Of a DNA stretch of 64,000 nucleotides, positions 52,062 through 59,880 are shown one piece after another. Location of the stretch: assembly GCA_963667175.2 (NCBI GenBank), contig CAXXXF010000002.1:64001-128000 (forward strand). Reading direction: 5' to 3'. How positions within the stretch are numbered: the first letter of the stretch is position 1; every line of letters starts with the position of its first letter. Source of the stretch: Candidatus Latescibacterota bacterium. Its GTDB lineage: Bacteria > Latescibacterota > UBA2968 > GCA-2709665. The notes under the pieces are model-generated. The model ran no database searches. It was not told the DNA's origin and was given only the letters and a program-made list of their open reading frames with translations. The position numbers were made by a program, and so were the translations under genes.

Positions 52062-52221
52062 CAGTCCGTTGAAAAAGTCGCTCTACAGGCGAGGCCGAGT
52101 CATTGTGGCCGAAGACAAGGCGCGCGACCGACGCGAATCCCTGGATTCGGGGAGGGAGCGCAACGCCGCAGTTCGGTCACAAGGGCCGGACGTAACCCGG
52201 ATGGACTTTTTCAACGGGCTG
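52062..52221. mobile_element. MITE copy 4 (160 bp, lacks both hairpin inserts) with TTAA target duplication
   Basis: TTAA[CAGTCCGTTGAAAAA...TTTTTCAACGGGCTG]TTAA. Confidence 0.9.
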
Positions 52222-52524
52222 TTAAGGGTGGAACCGACCGAGATATCGGTAGACGCACCGACGACCTGACCACGCACGAACGTGAGAACCTTGCGCCCAG
52301 TGTGCCAACACCGGTTTTGTCTTTCACAAATGCACAGGTTTGGAATTGTACACTTTAGCTTTAGATGAGATGATGCGTTAATCAGGTGCCGGCATTGGAC
52401 GCTTCTCTTTCTGGTGTGTCGCTGTGTGTGTTTTCTATTGCGCCTTGAGAAAAAATCCGGTATTTTTTCGACAAACTACTTGGTTTGGAGGCAGTACCCT
52501 CTCCAGTGAGATCGGAGGTTTGTT

Positions 52525-53046
52525 ATGATAGAGCCTACTGAGAATACGCGAGTGGTTATTTGGGAACAGTTCTTAGAGGCATCTGCCATGGAGAGATATT
52601 ACCATAGTCTATCCATTAGATATCAGCGAATGCATAGATGGACTCTAATCTTCTTGGCATTTTCTGCTGTCGTTGGAATCGCACCTCATATAATCCAATT
52701 GCCTGCTCCTGTCAAAGTAGCGTCAAATATGACTGTAGCGGCAATCTCTGTTTTTGGTCTTGTTCAAAACCTGCCAGAAAAATCCGCTAAGGCGAAGTCG
52801 CTTTATGTGCAATATGCAACACACAAGAGTGAATGTGAGCATCTATGGATAGAATTACAAAATGATGCTCGTAATAATCAAAACGCACTGAGGAAGTTTA
52901 AGGAACTAGATAAAGAAAAGTTAAAAATAGAGGAAGCGGCTCAACTTTCATATTTGGATTTCGATGCGAAACTAGATAAGGAAAGTTGGGAGGTTTCGGA
53001 TAATTTCGCGAAAAAACAATACCAAACTAATTTGGAGACGGCATGA
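52525..53046 (+). CDS. SLATT-like two-TM membrane protein
   Basis: AT-rich ORF with GGAGG RBS; helix (RYY..L..RY), two hydrophobic segments, C-terminal coiled helices. Confidence 0.6.
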   Translation: MIEPTENTRVVIWEQFLEASAMERYYHSLSIRYQRMHRWTLIFLAFSAVVGIAPHIIQLPAPVKVASNMTVAAISVFGLVQNLPEKSAKAKSLYVQYATHKSECEHLWIELQNDARNNQNALRKFKELDKEKLKIEEAAQLSYLDFDAKLDKESWEVSDNFAKKQYQTNLETA

Positions 53047-53171
53047 GCAGAGTAAGACCCAAACCTCAACCTAGACCACAGGGTGATGAATACACAGAAC
53101 GGGTTCGACCGGCCACTGTTCCTCCACCTCCTCCGCCTCCAAAGCCGCGCCCCAAAGAACCTAAGAGATAA
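53043..53171 (+). CDS. 42-aa proline/arginine-rich small protein
   Basis: ATGA overlap with the upstream stop; MSRVRPKPQPRPQGDEYTERVRPATVPPPPPPPKPRPKEPKR; Pro codons vary (CCT/CCA/CCG/CCC). Confidence 0.6.
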   Translation: MSRVRPKPQPRPQGDEYTERVRPATVPPPPPPPKPRPKEPKR

Positions 53172-53210
53172 ATTCCGCTGATTGTTTATCTAGCCAGAAT
53201 CCATGTATTG

Positions 53211-53241
53211 AGGGGTGACGTTTCTTGAGAACGTCACCCCT
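53211..53241 (+). terminator. Hairpin downstream of the SLATT/Pro-rich pair
   Basis: AGGGGTGACGTT-7 nt-AACGTCACCCCT, a perfect 12-bp stem with only a short T-run. Confidence 0.6.
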
Positions 53242-53636
53242 TGTCGTTGGTGGGTCTGCGGATATCGGATTTTGCGTTTCGGGTTGGTATTTTCACAGCT
53301 GCCCGGTCCAGTACTTTGATCCATATGAGCGGAAGGAGAACGAGTTTTTCAATTGGGCAATGTCCAAAGATTTCCGATTTGCCTATCAAAACGAATACCG
53401 CATTCTATGGTCACAGATGACAGCTGCTCCCGTCGACGGGTTTCATTTTGTTGATATCGGATCTGCTCACGACCTGATGAAAATGTACAACAAGCGCGGA
53501 GAAGAGATCCGTCTTTAAACCTCTACACAAAATAGTGTATGTTTGTTAAATCGTGCTGCTTCCGTAAAGGTTCCGATATCGCGGTATATCTCTGTGCCTA
53601 CATTAATGAGCCAGTTCCCCTCGTACCCATTGACGC

Positions 53637-54703
53637 CTAAATTTCGGCGTAGTCTGGGTACAGCCTTTTCAGTTTGATGCGAGCATCTTCGGTCGTGAAC
53701 CGCCAATTGACAGCCTTGCTTTTGTTGTTGCGGTCGTTCGTCCAGGCGGAGACCTGCTCTTTGAGGGATTCGATATCGGGGATGCGTTCCTTCAAGCATT
53801 GGTTGCTCAAGACGCTCATTTCGATCTCTGCGATGTTGAGCCCTGCCTGCAGCAGGCAGGCGGGCGTGTGCGTGTTGAGGTTATCACACACCAGGACGAC
53901 GGTTTCAGCTTTTGGGTAGTCCATATCCAGGAGATCCTTGATCTCCTGGGCCCAGTCCACTGCGGTCTTTCGTTGTCTGACACACACCTTGCGCCAGCCC
54001 GAAAGGGGTTCGGTGAACATGAAGTTCACAGCGGTTCCGTTCCGTTCATACTCGTAGTCGTAGCGTTCAGGTTGGCCCCGACGTGTTGTGAGGGGAACAC
54101 GCGTCTCCTTGACCAACTGCACCGGGTGTTCGTCCATATTGACCACGGGCCTCAAGGCGTCGTAGGGCCGCTGATAGACGTCCAGGATATCCTCCATCGC
54201 GGCGACAAATGCGGCGTTCTGCTTGGGCGGAATCACCCAGCACCTTCTCAGGTGAGGCTTACGTTTGTTTTTTTAAGCGTCCGTTGCACCGTTCGATATG
54301 AGATGCTATCGACAATCTCTAAAGCCACGAGTTCATCGGCTAAAAGCTTCAGCGTCCACCGCTTACGTCCCTTTGGGGGTTCACTGCAAGCCAACGCGAT
54401 CAAGCGGGCTTCCTTGGCCCCATCCAGCTTCCTTGGTGTGGGTGGATGCGCGCGCTTCTTTCGGTCAAGGGCCGACTCCAGGCCCCCCAACACAAAACGC
54501 TTACGGATGCCCTCAACCGTAGACCGATTGCACGAAAAGGCCTCCGTGATCTGACGGTCCAGCCACGCCGGACCCTCCGCATCCGCCTTCAGTAGTATGT
54601 GGGCGTGCCTGATTCGGTAGGCTTGCGTCTTGCCTTTGTTTACCAGATCCTGCAGACACTCACGTTCTTCGGGACTCAGACGCACAACGTATCTCTTAGG
54701 CAT
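53637..54703 (-). pseudogene. IS630 transposase (-1 frameshift at A7, 54268-54274) with an internal deletion
   Basis: OrfA HTH ...RTLKK; -1 frame KKNKRKPHLRRCWVIPP...MDE...DYEYERNGT...DNLNTH; the usual HYTPKHGSW block is missing. Confidence 0.85.
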
Positions 54704-54765
54704 CTCGATGGCTCCTTTCTCTTCAGGGGAGACATCAGACGATAAGCACGACCAGGATTAGAAGT

Positions 54766-56190
54766 GGGCAAGTACTATTTTTAGTTGAAACGGGAGAGGC
54801 GTTTAGTCGGCGGCGAAAGCCTCTTGCGCGTCGTGATCGAGGTTGAGGTGTTTTTGTAGGGCAAGTCTGAGTATAGGAAGAAAGCGGTATCCTTTGATTC
54901 TCCGCAGTCGTGGCTCGATGTCTAACAGCGCGGCTGCCAACCACCGATATCGCTGATCGGAGTTGTTCCATCGTTTTACATTTCGTGTGCGCTGAGCGAC
55001 CATGGCGTTGAGGGATTCGATACAGTTGGTGGTGCGGAACGATTGTTTGAGCTGTGGCATGAGCCCCAGCCGATGGAGGGTGAGGGTTTCTTCGAGCCCT
55101 TCCTCGAGGCTGTTCAGTGCCGATGCGTTCCTCAGCGCCAGGGAGGGTTTGAGGGCCTGTAGCGCGGCTTTGGCTTCGTTGTAGGTCTCCTTGTCGTACG
55201 CATCGTGGAGGGCCTTTCTGACCTCATCCTGCTGTGATTTTGGCAGATAGGCGATCACGTTTTCCCGTTTGTGCCACTGGCAGCGTTGAATGGCGACGTA
55301 TCCGGATAGGGCCTTGGTCAGCGCGGTCCGCAACCCCTTCGAGCCGTCGATGAGGCACAGCAGCCCCTGGTGATACTGCAGTCCGCGATCGATGAGCGAA
55401 TTGACAAACTGCCGGCACACGCGCTCATTTTCACTGGCGGCCTGCACGAACCCCAGCGGGACCTTGTCCCCGTCGATTGTCACGCCAAGGGCGATGATCA
55501 TTTGCTGATCGGCAAAGGTCTTGCCATCCATAAACAGCCCCACCAGGTCATAGCCGGCAAGCGACCGTTCTTGAAACTGCCTCAGCTTGGCCGCTGATGT
55601 CTTTATGAACCGCTTCGAGACCGTCGACGAAGACAAGCCAAACGCCTCGGGTACCGCCTCTGCGCAACTGGCGTAAGAACGCGTGGCAAGGCCGCCCAGA
55701 ACGCGAAGCAGCAACCCTTCGTCCATGTCTCTGGGGCGCTGCAAGCGGCGATACGCCTGTAGAGGCACCTCCTCATTGGCTTCCACGTCGCGCACCCTCG
55801 GTACCGCCACGGGCACTTTCTGGTCCGATAGATACACCGATCCACGTTGCACGCCCCACCGGCGATTCGGGGCCTTGTCTGCTTTACGACTGTATCTCTT
55901 GCCCGTCAACGCGGCGACCTCATTCTGCAAGATTTCTTCCACGGCGGCCAGACCCAGAGGGATCAGCGACTGGATCAAGGCCACACGGACGTCAACATCC
56001 TCCAGCATACCTGCGGAGACCGCCCTGGAACTCACAACACCTTCCGTGTTCAACTTGACTTCACGAGACTTCGATGATACCTTGCTCATTACAGGCTCCT
56101 TTCGTATGAGGATACAGTATTCTACTCGGGACTACTGTATCCAATTTACATCGGAGCCTCTTCTATTTCAACTAAGATAGGTACATTCCC
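54766..56190 (-). mobile_element. IS256-family insertion sequence (1425 bp)
   Basis: Terminal repeats GGG(C/A)A(A/T)GTAC.....TTAGTTGAAA; 8-bp duplication TTAGAAGT (54758-54765, 56191-56198). Confidence 0.92.
54803..56089 (-). CDS. IS256 (mutator) transposase
   Basis: FMDG, LIDGSKGL, QRCQWHKREN, RTTNCIESLN. Confidence 0.93.
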   Translation of the reverse strand: MSKVSSKSREVKLNTEGVVSSRAVSAGMLEDVDVRVALIQSLIPLGLAAVEEILQNEVAALTGKRYSRKADKAPNRRWGVQRGSVYLSDQKVPVAVPRVRDVEANEEVPLQAYRRLQRPRDMDEGLLLRVLGGLATRSYASCAEAVPEAFGLSSSTVSKRFIKTSAAKLRQFQERSLAGYDLVGLFMDGKTFADQQMIIALGVTIDGDKVPLGFVQAASENERVCRQFVNSLIDRGLQYHQGLLCLIDGSKGLRTALTKALSGYVAIQRCQWHKRENVIAYLPKSQQDEVRKALHDAYDKETYNEAKAALQALKPSLALRNASALNSLEEGLEETLTLHRLGLMPQLKQSFRTTNCIESLNAMVAQRTRNVKRWNNSDQRYRWLAAALLDIEPRLRRIKGYRFLPILRLALQKHLNLDHDAQEAFAAD

Positions 56191-56565
56191 TTAGAAGTCA
56201 ATAGGTAGTAGACAGTGTGCGCAAGTCTGTGAATGAGAGCGGATACAGCGTTTGGATGGCTGTTTGTCAAAACGAAGCGAAATATCGCTATCCAATATGC
56301 CTTTAGCGCGAACTGTTCTTGATGTGGCAATATCGGGGGACACATTTGCAGACGATACTGAGTTTCCCGCCCTCCCTGGCGTGCAGCGAAACATAATCGC
56401 ACCCTCAGGTTTCTCTCCCCCCTTTTATCTAGTTCAATCCCAAATGCGTGAGTCATGGTTTCTCGAACCGAATCCGTCTCGGGATCAACCTATCTGTTAA
56501 TTTCCCATGGGTTTTCTGCTTCAGCCGGAAATGACAAGAAAACAAGAACAATGGCCCAATCGAAT

Positions 56566-56646
56566 GGACAAGGACTGTTTTTAGTTGAACAAGGAGAGGC
56601 GTTTAGTCGGCGGCAAAGGCCTCTTGACGGTCATGATCGAGTTGGA
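56566..56646. repeat. Diverged ~80-bp copy of the IS256 downstream end
   Basis: Collinear with 54766-54846 (TTAGTTGAA..GGAGAGGCGTTTAGTCGGCGGC..CTCTTG..TGATCGA). Confidence 0.8.
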
Positions 56647-56700
56647 GTCCATATACATCATTCCTTCTTTTTTTCGTTTCCTCCTTCTTCCGTTCTCCAT

Positions 56701-57102
56701 CTACGGCTCTGCAGTGTCAGGCAGATGCAAGACGGCCTCATCGAAGGTGTAAAAAGCGCTCAACTCGTCCTCGTCGGAAGCCGTTTTTCTTGCCTTGCAT
56801 AAGATCAGGGCATCTGCGAAGTCCGCCTCCGTCCTGCGAAATGCCTGCAAGGCGCTCCAGACCACCTCGTCATCCTCGAAGCGTATGTTGGAATCCTGCA
56901 GAAGGGTATTGACCAGATCGATCAAGTCGGCCCGGGTCGCGCGATACCGGCGGCCAGCCAAAGTCCACGTTGTTTCCGCCAGGACCACGTCCGTAATGAG
57001 AACGCGCTCACCGCATTCAACAATGCGACGCGCCCGTTCAGCCTGCGCTTCGTCGTCTCTCAAGAGATAGCGCAGCAGGACATTGGTGTCGATTGCGATC
57101 AA
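56701..57102 (-). CDS. vapC: VapC/PIN toxin
   Basis: MIAIDTNVLLR, VLAE, ADFADAL, YTFD. Confidence 0.92.
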   Translation of the reverse strand: MIAIDTNVLLRYLLRDDEAQAERARRIVECGERVLITDVVLAETTWTLAGRRYRATRADLIDLVNTLLQDSNIRFEDDEVVWSALQAFRRTEADFADALILCKARKTASDEDELSAFYTFDEAVLHLPDTAEP

Positions 57103-57335
57103 GGCGTACGGTCCCGCGTTCTTTCAATGGCGTCTTGGCGCGACGCCTCGTCTGAAACCGTCGGATCCCCGTCAAGGCGCGCCAGGCATCCCCAGGCGCT
57201 GCCGGGCTGCTGGCGGACGATGGTTATGCGGCCGTCGGCCACGAAACTCAGGCACTCGTCTCCCGGCTCGATGCCGGCCAAACGGCACTGATCAGCAGGT
57301 AGCGTTATCTGTCGCTTGGCGCTGACTTTGGGCAC
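57099..57335 (-). CDS. AbrB/MazE-type antitoxin
   Basis: KVSAKRQITLP...GIEPGD; 4-bp overlap with the PIN gene. Confidence 0.88.
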   Translation of the reverse strand: MPKVSAKRQITLPADQCRLAGIEPGDECLSFVADGRITIVRQQPGSAWGCLARLDGDPTVSDEASRQDAIERTRDRTP

Positions 57336-57439
57336 GGTCTTCTCCGATGATGGTGATCACGTCAGAAATTCATAATGAATTGCTTTACTTAACAAAATAT
57401 ACCAAGAAGAATAAATTAATACAAAGAAAATAACTAGAA

Positions 57440-57700
57440 TGTAAAGAAATCGAGCAGAGAAACGGAAAAAAGGAAGAATGTAGAAGGAAGAATTAAGAGC
57501 AGGACAAGCGCAGAGCACCTCTATTCTCCATCCCGAGATTTTTCCTTCTTCCTTCTTCCTATTGCCATTCTCCTTCATATTCAGCCCATCAGTCACATGA
57601 TTTTACTTCCTTGTTTTTCCGTTTTCCTTCACATTCAGCTCATCGATCACGTGATTTTCCCTCTTTCCTTCTTCCTTTTTCGTTCTTCCTTTCTTTTGGT
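57440..57700. repeat. Heptamer-repeat inverted junction 1 (purine tract, ~45-bp core, pyrimidine tract)
   Basis: AAGGAAGAATGTAGAAGGAAGAA..AAGAGCAGGACAAGCGCA..ACCTCTATTCTCCATCCCG.GATT then TTCCTTC runs; the core recurs near 58561. Confidence 0.8.
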
Positions 57701-58039
57701 CTGTTCAACGAATGCCTCGCCTCTAGAAGTGCGGCGGTAGCGCTGGTGGCGGCTCGTGGGCTTGTCCGGGAGCGTCATTTCAATCAATCCGGCCTCCAGG
57801 GCAGGCTTTTGGTACGATTCGATGAAATGGGGTCGGTCCTTGAGTTCCAATCCTGCCTGGATGCTGGCACGGCTCATCTCTCCAGTGAGTACAGTCACCA
57901 GTTGTTCGACCTGGTCGGCGACCTGGTCGATATCTTGTCGGGTATCTTGTGGGGTGTCTTGACCCGTCCCCCTATTTTTCAATGACTTATCTTGTCCGGT
58001 AACTTGGTCGGTCGCGGCGAGTAATGCCCGCTCATGCAC
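57647..58039 (-). pseudogene. C-terminal winged-HTH fragment of a Fic/RecG-C-like protein
   Basis: QDTPQDTRQD..QV repeats, LELKDRPHFIESYQKPALEAGLIEMTLPDKPTSRHQRYR; runs into the repeat tract. Confidence 0.7.
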
Positions 58040-58049
58040 CGGGACTTAA

Positions 58050-58363
58050 ATGAAAAAGGAAGAATGCAGAAGGAAGAAATCAAACCAAAATCAACCCAGC
58101 TTCTGTCGCCCGCATTCAACAACGCGACGCGCCCGTTCAGCTTGCGCTTCGTCGTCTCTCAAGAGATAGCGCAGCAGGACATGGGTGTCGATTGCGATCA
58201 AGGCGTTTGGTCCCGCGTTCTTTCAATGGTGTCCTGGCGCGACGCCTCGTCTGAAAACGTCGGATCGGCTTCAAGGCGCGCCACGCATCCCCAGGATGAG
58301 AAAGGAAGAATGCAGAAGGAAGAAGGAAGAAATGAAAACCAAATCAACACAACCTCTGTCTCC
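58050..58363. repeat. Two direct ~61-68 bp repeats flanking a 186-bp copy of the TA junction
   Basis: ATGA.AAAGGAAGAATGCAGAAGGAAGAA(GGAAGAA)AT.AAA.C.AAATCAAC.CA.C.TCTGTC.CC at 58050-58110 and 58296-58363. Confidence 0.85.
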
Positions 58364-58500
58364 GGGATTCCAGTTGGTAGAAACGTTGACGGGAAGTACG
58401 AACGCCCAGTTGTTACCAGGTGGCCTGATTAGGCCGATCCTGAAGTGGCCGCATCAGGTCGATCCTGCAATGGATTCATATGGGCGATCATTGACAATTC

Positions 58501-58700
58501 TGAAGTAAGAAGGAAGAAATAAAAACAAAATGAAGAAGGAAGAATGCAGAAGGAAGAAGGAAGAGCAGGACAAGCGCATATAACCTCTATTCTCCATCCC
58601 GCGATTATTCCATCATGTTCTTCCTTTCTTGTTCCTCCTTCTGCCTTCTGCTATTTTTTCCTTCTTCGTTTTCCCTTCCTCGTTTTTCCTTTTTCCTTCT
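58501..58700. repeat. Heptamer-repeat inverted junction 2
   Basis: GAAGGAA/GAATGCA tract, the same core as junction 1, then a TTCCTTC/TTCTGCC tract up to the four-helix-bundle stop. Confidence 0.8.
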
Positions 58701-59054
58701 TCATTTCTCTACATTTCTCTTTGCCGTCCGAATTGAAGCGACGAAAATCGCGGTCAATTCACCGCATTCATTTGTCAGGCCTGCAAGTCGCTCCTCAGGG
58801 ACGATTCCTGAGTCGACGAGTAGCTCAAGCCAATAACTGGTCTCTTCGACCTCCTTCAAACATTCGCCAGCTTTTGCGATGAACTCCGCTTTGCTCCGCG
58901 CACGATATGCCTCCCGGTAATTTGCCCCCACCGACGTTCCGGAACGGATCATTTGTCGGCCAATGACTTGAGCCTCGGCCCGCCTGGGAAGATCCGAATA
59001 CAGGCGAATGACCTGCAGCGCGAACGCCTTCCTCCGACTCCGAAGATCGGCCAC
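58701..59054 (-). CDS. Four helix bundle protein (TIGR02436 / 23S-IVP / Avd-like)
   Basis: F..QVIRL..LP...IGRQMIRSGTSVGANYREA..ARSKAEFIAK...KEVEETSYWLELL. Confidence 0.92.
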   Translation of the reverse strand: MADLRSRRKAFALQVIRLYSDLPRRAEAQVIGRQMIRSGTSVGANYREAYRARSKAEFIAKAGECLKEVEETSYWLELLVDSGIVPEERLAGLTNECGELTAIFVASIRTAKRNVEK

Positions 59055-59490
59055 TTCCTCCTTCTACCTATTGCCATTTTCCTTCATATTCAGCCCATCA
59101 GTCACACGATTTTCCTTCTTCATTCTTCCTTTTTCCTTAGATTTCATGAATTATCTACTTCCGAGTTCTATATCTCCACTCTCGAGGGCCGAGGCCTGCG
59201 GAATACCCTGAGCGTGGCGCCCTACCAGATTGTTGTCAATAAGGTATATATCGGTACACCCCCCGTCAATGCATTATCTTTCGTTGGACGGCGTGGAATG
59301 CGCGCGGACGCGGAGAATCCGCTTCTCCGGACGGCGGCTGCGGAATCGTTTCCCCTTGCTTAAGTCTTCGATTAGAGATATTTTCATTTTTACGCACCAG
59401 GGCGCTATCGCAGGACCGGAAATCGGCGCGGCATAAGCCGCCGGATTCTGACGCGTCCGGATAGAGCGTGACCAGGTAAGGAGAGGCAGG

Positions 59491-59880
59491 ATGGCGCAGC
59501 GATGGAGGGATTGGCTCGCCCAGGCGGAGCACGATTTTGAACAGGCAACGGCTTCTCGCAATGACGGTCGTCATGATTGGGCCTGTTTCGCCGCTCACCA
59601 GGCCGCAGAAAAGGCCGTCAAAGCGCTCCATCTCTCAATGGGACAGGAGGCATGGGGCCACGTTGTCGCCCGCCTCCTGTCGGAACTCCCTGAAGCGCCG
59701 CCGGAGCAGATTGTCGAGCAAGGACGGGCCCTCGACAATTACTACGTATCGACACGCTACCCGAACGGGCACCCTGAAGGGGCGCCCTACGAACACTACG
59801 GACCGTTGCAGAGCGATCAAGGATTGAGATATGCCGGTGACATCCTCAACTTCGTCCGTCAAGCGGTGGCCGGGGAGTGA
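59491..59880 (+). CDS. HEPN domain protein
   Basis: DWLAQAEHD, WACFAAHQAAEKAVKA, WGH, YVSTRYPN. Confidence 0.92.
   Translation: MAQRWRDWLAQAEHDFEQATASRNDGRHDWACFAAHQAAEKAVKALHLSMGQEAWGHVVARLLSELPEAPPEQIVEQGRALDNYYVSTRYPNGHPEGAPYEHYGPLQSDQGLRYAGDILNFVRQAVAGE

Larger units (their letters stand above)
53623..56208 (-). mobile_element. IS630-family element with IS256 nested in its upstream terminal repeat
   Basis: Ends GTACCCATTGACGCCTAA and (reverse complement) CTACCTATTGACTTCTAA; TA at 56209-56210. Confidence 0.75.

Noticed and set aside
51409-52269. 286-aa ORF as a real gene
   Set aside because: Chimeric: an AT-rich two-TM N-terminal fragment, unrelated sequence, then read-through of the MITE
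51700-52290. Group II intron fragment (GTGCG and GAGCCG on the minus strand)
   Set aside because: No domain V stem (GAGCCG...GAAA...CGGTTC) and no RT
53225-53518. 97-aa ORF after the hairpin
   Set aside because: Probably a C-terminal gene fragment (K..RFAYQNEYRILW) with its start inside the hairpin; too little evidence to call
56172-56456. Gene split by IS630 (joining to 53515-53620)
   Set aside because: Removing the element did not restore a convincing open frame
57440-59150. Canonical CRISPR array or diversity-generating retroelement
   Set aside because: Repeats are low-complexity and unequal, spacers are 136-350 bp, there is no cas or RT gene, and the mismatches in the 186-bp copy are not adenine-specific
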